Below are positions 9,084-19,022 of a stretch of 64,000 nt of DNA, piece after piece. Source of the stretch: a virus; IMG/VR virus record IMGVR_UViG_3300021226_000189. One strand, 5' to 3'. A program made the translations under genes and the position numbers. The notes under the pieces are model-generated. The model made no database searches and was not told the DNA's origin. It saw only the letters and a program-made list of their open reading frames with translations. The stretch's first letter is position 1. Each line of letters begins with the position of its first letter.

Positions 9084-10103
9084 ATGATTAAGAAAACAAA
9101 AGTAGCTATTTTTTCTGACCTACATTTAGGTCTTTATGGAAATTCAACGGAATGGCATGACATCGCTCTTAAATGGGCAGATTGGATCACTGCTGATTTG
9201 AAGAAGAAAAAGATTTTTGATATCTTTTTCCTTGGTGACTTTTTCCACAATCGTTCAGAGATTTCCGTTCAAACAATTCATGTTGCATCTGAATTGATTG
9301 CTAAATTCAAGAATTTTAATATGTTCATGGTTATTGGCAACCATGATGCGTATTACAAGAATCGTGCCGATGTTCATAGCTTGGGTTTCCTTAAAGGTCA
9401 CGATAACATTACAATCATCGACCAGAATTTGGAAGTGGATGCGTTCGGTAAAAAATTACTGTTTGTCCCATGGAATCACGAATTACCAGAAGGTAAATTT
9501 GACCACATTTTTGGACATTTTGAAATCCAAACATTTCAGATGAACAATTACAAGGTTTGTGATCACGGATTCCAAGTAATGGATTTCTTAGCATCCCGAA
9601 CCACTAATGTTTGGTCTGGTCACTTCCATACTAAGAGTATTAAGAAATACAATGAAGGAACGATTCGATACATTGGTAACACCTTCCACCATGACTTCAA
9701 TGATTGTGGGGACGATAAGGGTTATCACATTTTGGATTTGGAAGATGATTCTGTAGAATTTGTGAAAAATACGGTGTCTCCTGAATTCATTAAAATCCCT
9801 CTGACTAAAATAAAAGATTATTCCATGGAGGATGTGGAAGGAAATATCATCAAATTCATAATTGACAAAGACATTGAAGATGATAAGGTAGAGAAGTTCA
9901 AGATTTACTTGTCCAATTTTGCACCTTTCCGTCTAACCACGGAATACAACGTGGCGACCAAGACAATCGGAGATGTTGAACAAGTCGATTCCATTGATAT
10001 CGTGGGAATGTTTGATGAATTTTACGAACAATTGAATCTGGATGAAGAACAACTGAAACGAGTGAAGAAAATAAACGACGAACTTTATGAAAAATGTAAG
10101 TGA
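9084..10103 (+). CDS. gp47: Recombination endonuclease gp47 (Mre11/SbcD)
   Basis: SDLH, GDFFH, GNHD, GHF, SGHFH metallophosphoesterase motifs. Confidence 0.93.
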   Translation: MIKKTKVAIFSDLHLGLYGNSTEWHDIALKWADWITADLKKKKIFDIFFLGDFFHNRSEISVQTIHVASELIAKFKNFNMFMVIGNHDAYYKNRADVHSLGFLKGHDNITIIDQNLEVDAFGKKLLFVPWNHELPEGKFDHIFGHFEIQTFQMNNYKVCDHGFQVMDFLASRTTNVWSGHFHTKSIKKYNEGTIRYIGNTFHHDFNDCGDDKGYHILDLEDDSVEFVKNTVSPEFIKIPLTKIKDYSMEDVEGNIIKFIIDKDIEDDKVEKFKIYLSNFAPFRLTTEYNVATKTIGDVEQVDSIDIVGMFDEFYEQLNLDEEQLKRVKKINDELYEKCK

Positions 10104-10311
10104 TAGAGAAAAATACCATGCACAGCATATTATCGATCATATTTTGTATAATTGTTCGTTGAGTTCGTTGAGTTCTTTGAAAGAACTTGGAATTATACAC
10201 GATCTTGATATTAAGATAATTGACACCGATGATAGTATGATTTGTAATATTTATGTAACACTCAATACCCCCCTTGACAATATTAAAATAAATTTTGAAA
10301 TAAATGCGTAA
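10087..10311 (+). CDS. Hypothetical protein between gp47 and gp46
   Basis: 74 aa overlapping both neighbours; short tandem GTTCGTTGA repeat inside. Confidence 0.4.
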   Translation: MKNVSDREKYHAQHIIDHILYNCSLSSLSSLKELGIIHDLDIKIIDTDDSMICNIYVTLNTPLDNIKINFEINA

Positions 10312-11221
10312 GATTTTATATAAACAACTTAAAGGTCAAAATTTCCTCAGTGTGGGAAATGATCAGATTGTAATTGATTTCCAATCTGGTTTCAATCTGA
10401 TTACTGGTAAGAATATTGATAATCCAGACCGTGTGAACGGTATTGGAAAATCCTGTATCGCTGAATTGTTCTACTATGCTTTGTTTGGTAAAACCATTCG
10501 TGAAATAAAAAAGGAATTCATCATCAACAATGTCACTAAAGGAAAGGGTGCTATCGAGCTTACTTTTGATGTGGAGACTGACAATGATACGCAGACATAC
10601 ACAATCAAGCGACAACTCAAACCAAGCTCTGTGACGCTCCTGCGAGGTGAAGAAGATATCACCAAGGACTCCATCGCAAATACGGACAAATTCATATGTG
10701 ATCTGATCGGTTCCAATCCTGTCATTTGTCGTAGCTGTGATATTCTATCTCTTTCGGATAACATCCCATTCATGGCGAAGAAACCAGAGGAGAAGCGCAA
10801 ATTCATCAATGATATTTTCTCTTTGGAAGTCTTTGGTAAGATGAGCAACGAATTGAAGAATCTGATTCGTGAGAACAAATCTGAAATGAATATCTCTTCT
10901 GCCAAGTTGGAAGAAATCAACAACACTTTGGAAACTCTGAATAAACAACAGGAGGATTATCTGAAGAAAGTTCAAGAACGGGAAGCAATTCTCGAAGAAA
11001 AACGTAAAGAAATTCAGCAGAAAATTGATGAAACGTCTGAAAAGATTGCTAAAATATCCATTACGGATGTTTCAGCAATCCAAACAGAAAAGGACAAATA
11101 CGAAGCTGCTTGGGATAAGTTGGATGGAAAGATTGCAGATGTGAATAGTCAAATCTCTTCCAAAGAAACTTTGAGGAAGTTGAAAGTAAAAGAAATTGAA
11201 CAAATAAATAATGTGATATGA
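10304..11221 (+). CDS. gp46: gp46 (Rad50/SbcC) N-terminal half
   Basis: NFLSVGN, Walker A NGIGKS, then coiled coil; stops just before the Zn hook. Confidence 0.9.
   Translation: MRKILYKQLKGQNFLSVGNDQIVIDFQSGFNLITGKNIDNPDRVNGIGKSCIAELFYYALFGKTIREIKKEFIINNVTKGKGAIELTFDVETDNDTQTYTIKRQLKPSSVTLLRGEEDITKDSIANTDKFICDLIGSNPVICRSCDILSLSDNIPFMAKKPEEKRKFINDIFSLEVFGKMSNELKNLIRENKSEMNISSAKLEEINNTLETLNKQQEDYLKKVQEREAILEEKRKEIQQKIDETSEKIAKISITDVSAIQTEKDKYEAAWDKLDGKIADVNSQISSKETLRKLKVKEIEQINNVI
11205..11210 (+). promoter_or_regulatory. Possible late promoter TAAATA for GNAT, inside gp46-N
   Basis: 7 nt before ATG 11218. Confidence 0.5.
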
Positions 11222-11688
11222 TAATTTTAAATGAAAATGAGATAATGTGGGAATCATACGCTGGTGGAATTGAATATCATATCAATTCTGACGAAGAATC
11301 CGATGAAATTAAAATAGAAGCTTTCTATAGAGGTGATAAGATTGGAGATGCTATTGCAAAAATATTATTCGGAGATTTTTATTATGAGTTTGATGATGTT
11401 ATGAGTGAGGATGACATTTATGAATTATTTCCAGATGATTCTTTAGCGAAAATAGAACATGTTGAGGTTAGTAAGCAATATCGAGGAAGTGGTGTAGCAA
11501 AGGAGATGATGAATCGTTTGTTAAGGGAATTGGAGCGACAAGGGTTTAAACAATTTTATCTTAATGCCTCACCAATGGGGATTGATAAAGGATTTAATAA
11601 ACCAGAATTGGTAAAATTTTATCAAAAATTTGGATTTAATACTTTATTAGACCAAGGAGTAAACACGTTAATGATTAAAAAATTATGA
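11218..11688 (+). CDS. GNAT acetyltransferase inserted in gp46
   Basis: VEVSKQYRGSGVA motif A, KFYQKFGF motif B; leader NEIMWESY. Confidence 0.88.
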   Translation: MIILNENEIMWESYAGGIEYHINSDEESDEIKIEAFYRGDKIGDAIAKILFGDFYYEFDDVMSEDDIYELFPDDSLAKIEHVEVSKQYRGSGVAKEMMNRLLRELERQGFKQFYLNASPMGIDKGFNKPELVKFYQKFGFNTLLDQGVNTLMIKKL

Positions 11689-12557
11689 TTAAATGTGATA
11701 AATGCCTCCAAGAAATACCTCATACCCATGTGGAACATCTGGAGAAGATGAAGGAACAATATCAATCCGAATTGGATGATATTGTTAAAGAAATTGAAGA
11801 TTTGAATCATGGTAAAAGTGATTTGATGGTCAAGAAATCTAAAATTCAAAATAAAATCGGGGAATTTCAAACCCAAATCAATGAAGCCAAAGTCACCAAG
11901 CAGAAATTGGAAGGTTTGGAAAACAGCCTAAAACAATACAAGGAGTCTTTGGACAATTTGAAGTTGGATGAATTACCCAAACCCAATTTTGAGGAGAGTA
12001 TCCGAAACACTTGGGAAAGACAAAATGTGGAAAACGATAATTTCCGAATGCTTAAACAGAAATCAGATGATTATGAAATCTGCAAGTTCGTTCTCGGGGA
12101 AGAAGGTGTCCGTAGCTTTGTGGTGAAGAGACTTCTTTCCATGATGAACGCAAGCATTCAGCAATACATCAACGATCTTGGTATGACAATTCGTTGTAAA
12201 TTTGATGAATACTTCGACGAGCAACTCTCCAATGATAAAGGTAAAGAGATTTCCTACTGGAACTTGAGCGGTGGCGAGCGTAGAACAGTTGATCTCGCGT
12301 GTGCGTGGGCATTCAAGGATTTGAAACGCAAGATTTCGGGAGTGTCGTCTAATGTTGAATGGATTGACGAAGTATTCGATTCGGCTTTTGATGAACGTGG
12401 TTTCGATCTTCTGGTAGAACTGATGAAACAAAGAATTGATAAAAATTCTTTATCTGTCTACGCAATCTCACACAGAAAAGAAATGGAAAAACATGTCACA
12501 GGAGAAATTATCTTCCTTGAGAAAGAAAATGGTGTAACTAGAAGAACGTCTAATTGA
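11685..12557 (+). CDS. gp46: gp46 (Rad50/SbcC) C-terminal half
   Basis: Starts MIKCDKC (CxxC hook); LSGGE signature, WIDEVFDSAFD Walker B/D-loop, ISH. Confidence 0.9.
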   Translation: MIKCDKCLQEIPHTHVEHLEKMKEQYQSELDDIVKEIEDLNHGKSDLMVKKSKIQNKIGEFQTQINEAKVTKQKLEGLENSLKQYKESLDNLKLDELPKPNFEESIRNTWERQNVENDNFRMLKQKSDDYEICKFVLGEEGVRSFVVKRLLSMMNASIQQYINDLGMTIRCKFDEYFDEQLSNDKGKEISYWNLSGGERRTVDLACAWAFKDLKRKISGVSSNVEWIDEVFDSAFDERGFDLLVELMKQRIDKNSLSVYAISHRKEMEKHVTGEIIFLEKENGVTRRTSN

Positions 12558-12581
12558 CAAACAAAAGCGAATGGGTAATTA
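12554..12581 (+). promoter_or_regulatory. Sigma70-type promoter
   Basis: TTGACA-N16-TAATTA, 5 nt before ATG 12587. Confidence 0.45.
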
Positions 12582-12586
12582 TTAAC

Positions 12587-13774
12587 ATGTTTAATAGTCA
12601 ACCATTCGCTTCTCCTTTCCCTACAAATCCATTTCAGGTTTCAAATAAACCAAAAGAAGAACCTAAAAAAGGTAATAATTACTTAAACTTTGTTGCTGAT
12701 CGACAAGGATGTGGACAATGGAGAGTGGGATGGCCTGAGTTGCATATCAATATGAATAATCTTGGGGAGTCAACATCTCTCACGAAGATGATTCTTGATA
12801 AAAATTGGTTTAGAGATGTTAAGACCGTTAAATTACAGAGACAAGCATCTACACCTCAAAAACAATACTTTGAATTTGTTAAAAGTATTCAACAGGAAAT
12901 GGGATTCAAGATCATTTATGAAGTAGATGATGTTGTTTTCCGCGAAGAAATTCCTGATTACAACTCAGGGAAAGAATCGTTTGATAATGATGAAATCCGT
13001 CAAAATTGTGTTGATATGATGCAAATGGCAGATGAAGTTACGGTTACATGTAAATTTATGCGAGATCTGTTTATCGAAAAAACAGGTCAACATAAAATAT
13101 CAGTGGTACCTAATTTTGCACCTGAATGGTGGATCGGGCATTATTATGATGCTTACAAAATCAAGCAAAATTATGATAAGAATCGTAAAAGACCTCGAAT
13201 TTTATATTCTGGTTCAGGTGCACATTTCGATATTAAAAATGGTGGGCAAGACGACTTTTCTCATGTCCTAAAATTCATTATTGATAATAGATATAAATAT
13301 CAATTTATTTTCATTGGTGCTTTTCCTCCTCAATTACACCCATATATTCAAAATAGAGAAATCGAATTCCATCCTTGGCAGACATTAACCAATTATCCAA
13401 AATTTATTTCTGGATTGAATGTCCAACTTACAATTGCCCCACTGATGGATAACAATTTCAACAAATCCAAATCAGATATCAAATACATTGAGGGTGCAAT
13501 TTTAGGTATTCCCTGTATGTGTCAGGATTTGGTGACTTACGAAGATGCTCCCGATTTTTTGAAATTTAAGGATTCAGAAGATTTGGCACTGAAAGTGGAG
13601 CATTTATTGAATTATAAAAATCGCGATAGGTATCATAATCTATCCAAAGAGTTGAGAAAACTTGGGGAAACGAGATTTCTCGAAAGACCAGAAAACATTG
13701 GAGCGTTTCTTGAAGCGATGAACACACCATTTAACGATCCATCTCGTAGATTTATGAAATATTGGAACGATTGA
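12587..13774 (+). CDS. GT-B fold glycosyltransferase (GT4-like)
   Basis: DRQGCG.WR, YEVDD, RILYSGS..H, KSDIKYIEG..GIPC; start moved to ATG after the promoter. Confidence 0.75.
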   Translation: MFNSQPFASPFPTNPFQVSNKPKEEPKKGNNYLNFVADRQGCGQWRVGWPELHINMNNLGESTSLTKMILDKNWFRDVKTVKLQRQASTPQKQYFEFVKSIQQEMGFKIIYEVDDVVFREEIPDYNSGKESFDNDEIRQNCVDMMQMADEVTVTCKFMRDLFIEKTGQHKISVVPNFAPEWWIGHYYDAYKIKQNYDKNRKRPRILYSGSGAHFDIKNGGQDDFSHVLKFIIDNRYKYQFIFIGAFPPQLHPYIQNREIEFHPWQTLTNYPKFISGLNVQLTIAPLMDNNFNKSKSDIKYIEGAILGIPCMCQDLVTYEDAPDFLKFKDSEDLALKVEHLLNYKNRDRYHNLSKELRKLGETRFLERPENIGAFLEAMNTPFNDPSRRFMKYWND

Positions 13775-13775
13775 C

Positions 13776-13803
13776 TTGACAATTGAACACATGATGCCAT
13801 AAT
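13776..13803 (+). promoter_or_regulatory. Sigma70-type promoter
   Basis: TTGACA-N16-CATAAT with TG extension, 5 nt before ATG 13809. Confidence 0.6.
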
Positions 13804-13808
13804 TGGAT

Positions 13809-14135
13809 ATGGCGTTTTTACATTGCGAAAACTGTGGTTGGAGTCAGGATGATTTCTATTCGGAAGACGGTTATAATCCTGCGAAATATCTTTCTAGTTG
13901 GAATAACTATTTGTGTGGAAAGGATTCACATAGACTCGACGAATTATTTTCAGATGATTACCAATGGTTGAAAGATGAGGGATATGTTTCTACTAGAGAA
14001 GTCTTGGCAAGACAATATGAAAAATATGCCAAAAGAATTCGTAATATGAAATGGGTCACTTGGGAGCAGTGGCAGAAAGATAAAGATACTGCCGTCTGCC
14101 CTCAATGCGGTGAAAGAAATTTTGATATAGACTAA
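13809..14135 (+). CDS. Hypothetical Zn-binding protein
   Basis: CENC at N-terminus and CPQC at C-terminus. Confidence 0.6.
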   Translation: MAFLHCENCGWSQDDFYSEDGYNPAKYLSSWNNYLCGKDSHRLDELFSDDYQWLKDEGYVSTREVLARQYEKYAKRIRNMKWVTWEQWQKDKDTAVCPQCGERNFDID

Positions 14136-14136
14136 A

Positions 14137-16662
14137 ATGTATAGAAATTGTGTTTATAACAATCGTGAACGTAAGATTTTCTTATGGACATGGAACGAGA
14201 ATGGGGAACGTGTTAAAGAGGAACACGATTTCAAACCATACATTCTTTTAGAGGATAAGAATGGTAAAGAGAAGTCCATCTATGGAACTTCCCTCAAAAA
14301 AAGGGAATTTGCCTCCTCGTATGATCGAAATAACTTCGTAAAGGATAGTAATATCAAGAGAATTTATGAGAATCTTCCCCCATACCAACAATTCCTGATT
14401 GATAATTTTTGGTCTGTTTGTGAGGATGACAATTTCTCACAATATCCTCTGAAAGTCGCTTACTTGGATATTGAGTGTCCCCATCCTGATAAATTTCCCG
14501 AACCAGAAACCGCAGAAGCAGTGATAAATCTGATTACTGTATTTGATTCATTTTCCAAAATGTATCATGTTTTTGGTTTGAAGAATTACCACACGACGAG
14601 AGATGATGTGCGGTATTATTTTTGTAAATCAGAGGAAGATCTACTCAAATCGTTTATCAAATATTTTAGGAAAGAACAGTTCGATATCATTAGTGGATGG
14701 AACATATCAGCATTCGATATTCCTTATTTGGTAAATCGTATCACATTTCAATTAGGTAAAGAATGGGCAGATAAATTGTCACCGATTGAAAGAATTTATG
14801 AAAAGACCAATCCAAATGGTAAATTCGGTATGCCATCTAAAGAGTATGTGATCGAAGGTATTTCTATTTTGGATTATTACGTCATGTATATGAAATTCAG
14901 CTTGGAAAAGCAAGAGTCATATAAACTGGATAATATTGGAGAAGTTGAATTAGGTGTTAATAAAATTCAACACGAGGGTAATTTGTGGGAATTGGCTAAA
15001 AAAGATTGGTATACCTACACGGACTACAACATTCGAGACGTTGAAATCTGTGTTAAATTGGATGAGAAAAAGGGATATATCAATCTCCTTCGATTCCTAG
15101 CATACACAGGTCTGTGTGACTTGGAGAATGCTATCAAAACGGTTCCACCAATGAATGGTGCGATTGCCATACGTGCGCGTATGCGCGGAGAGTATATTCC
15201 TACGTTTATTCGTCCTGTGACGGACTACAAAGCACCTGGAGGTTACGTTGCAGAACCAAGAGTGGGATTCGCTGAGAATATCGTATCATTTGATGCCAAC
15301 TCTCTATATCCATCTGTGATGATTTCTCTCAATCTCTCACCTGAGACTAAAATTGGTAGAGTTGAGAAAGACGGTGATAAGGTGAAAATTCATCATGTTT
15401 CTGGTAGGATTTTTGAAATGACTAAAGAGAACTTTACCAAGTTTATTAAAGAGGAAAAGGCAGCTTTGACCAAAGCTGGATTCTTATTCTCTCAGAATAA
15501 GCGTGGTCTTGTTCCTGAGTTCTTGGATAACTTGTATTCCAAACGTAAGGAGATGAAAAACAAGATGTTGGAATCTCGTAAGAAAGGAGATAAAGAAGGG
15601 GAACAGAAATTTGATAGCATCCAATATGCTTATAAAATCCACCTCAATTCCTTGTATGGTTACATGCTTAACAAATACGCTCCTCTCGGAGACGAAGATA
15701 TTGGAACATCTGTAACTTTGACAGGTCAAGCAGTTATCAAAAAGAGTAACGATTTATTCATGGAATACCTATCGAAATATTTCGACAATAAAGAAGAAAT
15801 TGAAAAGTCATTGATATACAATGATACTGATAGCTTTTACACTTCTTTGAAGATATTTGAAAAAATTGGATATAAATTGAAAGATGGTGACAAAGTTTCT
15901 GATAAATTTTATGGATTATGCCAAGATGTGGAAGATTTTGTGAATAATGGAATCACTGAATGGGCAAAATCTAACCTCAGAAGTATCGATCCAAGATTTG
16001 TATTCAAAAGAGAAAGTATTTGCGATAAAGGTATTTTCATCGGTAAGAAATATTACGCACTTCACAAATTAGATGAAGAGGGTGTCGTCATGGATAAATT
16101 CAAATATATTGGTGTCGATGTTGTGAAAACGACAATGCCTAAGAAAGTAAAACCATATGTCAAGAAAGTCATTGAACATATGATCATGACTCAATCGTTA
16201 AAAGAAACGAATGATCTTTTCAATGAAGCATACGAAGAATTTAAGAAATTACCAATCACAGATATTGCTAAAATTTCTGGTATGAATAATTATGATGAAT
16301 ATTCAGCTAGATGTAACGGTATGAATACTGTAAAAGGTATGCCAAGTCACCTTAAAGCAGCGTATTATCATGATTTGATCACGGATCAAAATGGGTGGTC
16401 TTCTAAATATGATAAATTCAAATCAGGGGATAAAGTTCGTATGGTGTATGTGAAGAAGCCGAACAAATATAATTTGGAAATGATCGGATTCAAAGGAGAA
16501 TGGCCTTCTGAATTTGATAATATTTTCACTGTTGACTATGAGAAAATGTTTGGTAAGATATTCTACGCTGCAATTGAGAGATTCTACGAAGCAGTCGGAT
16601 GGAAACTTAGAAAACCATCAGAAAATCTGACCGTAGAACTTGAAGACTTATTTGGAGAATAA
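14137..16662 (+). CDS. gp43: Family B DNA polymerase gp43
   Basis: LDIE exonuclease motif, SFDANSLYPS, KIHLNSLYG, YNDTDS. Confidence 0.96.
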   Translation: MYRNCVYNNRERKIFLWTWNENGERVKEEHDFKPYILLEDKNGKEKSIYGTSLKKREFASSYDRNNFVKDSNIKRIYENLPPYQQFLIDNFWSVCEDDNFSQYPLKVAYLDIECPHPDKFPEPETAEAVINLITVFDSFSKMYHVFGLKNYHTTRDDVRYYFCKSEEDLLKSFIKYFRKEQFDIISGWNISAFDIPYLVNRITFQLGKEWADKLSPIERIYEKTNPNGKFGMPSKEYVIEGISILDYYVMYMKFSLEKQESYKLDNIGEVELGVNKIQHEGNLWELAKKDWYTYTDYNIRDVEICVKLDEKKGYINLLRFLAYTGLCDLENAIKTVPPMNGAIAIRARMRGEYIPTFIRPVTDYKAPGGYVAEPRVGFAENIVSFDANSLYPSVMISLNLSPETKIGRVEKDGDKVKIHHVSGRIFEMTKENFTKFIKEEKAALTKAGFLFSQNKRGLVPEFLDNLYSKRKEMKNKMLESRKKGDKEGEQKFDSIQYAYKIHLNSLYGYMLNKYAPLGDEDIGTSVTLTGQAVIKKSNDLFMEYLSKYFDNKEEIEKSLIYNDTDSFYTSLKIFEKIGYKLKDGDKVSDKFYGLCQDVEDFVNNGITEWAKSNLRSIDPRFVFKRESICDKGIFIGKKYYALHKLDEEGVVMDKFKYIGVDVVKTTMPKKVKPYVKKVIEHMIMTQSLKETNDLFNEAYEEFKKLPITDIAKISGMNNYDEYSARCNGMNTVKGMPSHLKAAYYHDLITDQNGWSSKYDKFKSGDKVRMVYVKKPNKYNLEMIGFKGEWPSEFDNIFTVDYEKMFGKIFYAAIERFYEAVGWKLRKPSENLTVELEDLFGE

Positions 16663-16666
16663 TATT

Positions 16667-16918
16667 ATGACAATACAAGAAGCATATAATAAAGGCTTAG
16701 ATGATGCAGAGAATCGAGTAATTGATAATCTCATCAATCTATTAAACAGTGATGAATATGATGAACCTTTCGCCAATCCTCGATTGGAAATCGTTCGTAA
16801 AGTAGTGAAGGAAAGATCCGATTATTACTTTAAGATGGCAGAAGGAAAACATGGTGTCGCATTGGGATTCCAGAAAAAAATTAAAAACAACAGTTTAGAG
16901 CTTGAAAAAGCAAAATAA
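16667..16918 (+). CDS. Hypothetical protein
   Basis: ORF between gp43 and uvsX. Confidence 0.55.
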   Translation: MTIQEAYNKGLDDAENRVIDNLINLLNSDEYDEPFANPRLEIVRKVVKERSDYYFKMAEGKHGVALGFQKKIKNNSLELEKAK

Positions 16919-16937
16919 CAGACTAAATCAAAATAAC

Positions 16938-17288
16938 ATGAAAGAAAAACACGTAGCAATCATTGATCAAATCGGACGTAACATTATCGGCAAACTCGTA
17001 GATGAAACGGAAACCACATTGACACTTAATAATCCAGTCATTCTATTCGTTCAACCAGAACAAACAGGACAGATTCAAGTTCAGAGCTTTCCAGTATTCT
17101 TCTTCGAATTTATCAACAAGGGATATCGTGACCATAACAATTGGACGTTTAACAAATCCAATATCGTAACGAGTGATGTAATTCTGGATGATCGTATCCT
17201 TCTTCAATACGAGAAGATTAATACCCCCCCAGTTGAGCAACCATCACCGACGAACAATCCTAAAGTGGTAAGTATCGACTCGCTCTAA
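16938..17288 (+). CDS. Hypothetical beta-rich protein (possibly Sm-like)
   Basis: G.NIIGKLV.ETETTLTL.NP pattern. Confidence 0.5.
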   Translation: MKEKHVAIIDQIGRNIIGKLVDETETTLTLNNPVILFVQPEQTGQIQVQSFPVFFFEFINKGYRDHNNWTFNKSNIVTSDVILDDRILLQYEKINTPPVEQPSPTNNPKVVSIDSL

Positions 17289-17289
17289 T

Positions 17290-18414
17290 ATGTCAGATAA
17301 ATTAGATAAAGATATTTTAGCGTCTCTGAACGCTTTGGATGATGTAGTCCCATACTCAGCGTATCTGAGTGACTCCACTCTTTCCAGTGTGAACGACTGG
17401 ATTGATACGGGGAGTATGGTTCTTAATGCTCTGATTTCTGGTTCTTTGTATGGTGGTGTCCCCAAAGGACGCATTACACAGTTAGCAGGACCATCACAGA
17501 GTTTCAAATCGGGTTTGGTGATGCAAATCTTGGCAAATGCTCAGAAAAAAGGTATGATCCCTGTTATCTTCGATACAGAAGGTGCGATTGATCCTGAGTC
17601 TGCTGCTAAATTTGGCTTGGATATTACCAAAGTTAAATATGTCGGTTGTGAATCCGTTGAACAGACGAGAAACGCTATTTACAAGTTCCTCAAGAATGTT
17701 CGGGAGAAGAAACAAAATGGTAAATTTATCATTGCTATCGACTCTTTGGCAAACTTGAACTCGGAAATGGAATTGTCTCGCATGGATAAGGATTCGATGT
17801 CTGCTGATATGGGAACATTTGCAAAGTCTGTTAAGAGTCTATTGAAGACATGTACTAACATGTCAACTCTTACCAAGACACCGATTATTATCACTAACCA
17901 TGTATATGACGATCCAAGTGCGATGTATCCATCTCTGGAGAAGAACATGCCAGGTGGTAAAGCAGCAGTGTATCTACCATCCGTTACAGTGCAACTCGCT
18001 AGAAAATTGGTGAAAGATGCTGATAATAAGCAAGTAACTGATAAATTGGCAGCTTCGCAGAAGAACTACTCTGGTGTTGTTATCCGCGCCTTGACAGTTA
18101 AGAATCGCTTTATCAAGCAATACCTTGAAGGTGAATTCTATTTGTCATTCAGTAAAGGTCTGGACAAGTATTATGGGCTACTTGATATCATGAAAGGCAT
18201 GGGAGTAGTTGATAATTCAGGTTCTTCTTACACCGATTGGACTGGGGAGAAACTTGGATACTACAAAGTCTGGAGTAAAGACGTTGACCTTTGGGAAAAT
18301 AAATTACTCCCAGAACTTGAGAAGCGCATCAAAGAGCATTGGGCTTATGGTTCATCTCCTGATGATGATAATCTGGTTGAATTGGAAGAAGTTGATAGTG
18401 ATACGGACGAATGA
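17290..18414 (+). CDS. uvsX: UvsX RecA-like recombinase
   Basis: GPSQSFKS (T4 UvsX-type Walker A), FDTEGA, IDSLAN, NHVY, PGG. Confidence 0.93.
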   Translation: MSDKLDKDILASLNALDDVVPYSAYLSDSTLSSVNDWIDTGSMVLNALISGSLYGGVPKGRITQLAGPSQSFKSGLVMQILANAQKKGMIPVIFDTEGAIDPESAAKFGLDITKVKYVGCESVEQTRNAIYKFLKNVREKKQNGKFIIAIDSLANLNSEMELSRMDKDSMSADMGTFAKSVKSLLKTCTNMSTLTKTPIIITNHVYDDPSAMYPSLEKNMPGGKAAVYLPSVTVQLARKLVKDADNKQVTDKLAASQKNYSGVVIRALTVKNRFIKQYLEGEFYLSFSKGLDKYYGLLDIMKGMGVVDNSGSSYTDWTGEKLGYYKVWSKDVDLWENKLLPELEKRIKEHWAYGSSPDDDNLVELEEVDSDTDE

Positions 18415-19022
18415 TCGAAGATATCATTAAAACAGGTAAAAAATATCAAGTGATCTATGCTGATCCTCCTTGGTCATATTATAACGACATGTCGGTTACA
18501 CCCGAACATGTCGGTAAAAATGTGTTGATCAATCCCCCATACCCTGTTTTATCATCCAAGGATATTAAAAGTATTCCTGTTGCAGAGATAGCAGATGAAC
18601 ATTGTTTATTATTCCTTTGGACAACTGATTATCATTTAAAAAAAGCTATTGAAGTTATTGATTCTTGGGGTTTTGAATATAAAACAGTGGGATTTGCTTG
18701 GCAGAAACTTAATAAAAAAAATCAACCAGTCGTTTCAACTGGAGGAGCATACACCATGAAGAGTGGTATTGAGTTATGTCTATTGGCAACTAAAGGAAGA
18801 TGTCCAACATTAGTCAAAAAACGTAACGTTAGATCATTTTTAAGTTCACAAAGACAACATCACTCTAAAAAACCAGATGAAGTTAGAGAAAGAATTGATG
18901 ATATGTTAAAAGAAAATCTCAACAAAATTGAATTATTCGCTAGAGATAAATTTGATGGTTGGGATTGTTGGGGTAATGAAGTTTATGCAGATCGAAAAAG
19001 GAATACATTTGTTTCATGGTGA
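18411..19022 (+). CDS. MT-A70 family adenine methyltransferase
   Basis: YADPPW, LFLWTT, WGFEYKT, HSKKP, IELFAR. Confidence 0.9.
   Translation: MIEDIIKTGKKYQVIYADPPWSYYNDMSVTPEHVGKNVLINPPYPVLSSKDIKSIPVAEIADEHCLLFLWTTDYHLKKAIEVIDSWGFEYKTVGFAWQKLNKKNQPVVSTGGAYTMKSGIELCLLATKGRCPTLVKKRNVRSFLSSQRQHHSKKPDEVRERIDDMLKENLNKIELFARDKFDGWDCWGNEVYADRKRNTFVSW

Noticed and set aside
11654-11673. AAGGAG Shine-Dalgarno for the gp46 C-half
   Set aside because: It is about 25 nt from ATG 11685, too far; the ATGA overlap explains initiation better.
11218-11700. Group I/II intron or intein explaining the gp46 interruption
   Set aside because: The insert is fully occupied by a GNAT ORF, with no recognisable intron core or intein splice residues. 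The N-half ends TGA then TAA in frame, excluding simple readthrough. No matched take-off/landing codon pair for gene-60-type bypass was evident.
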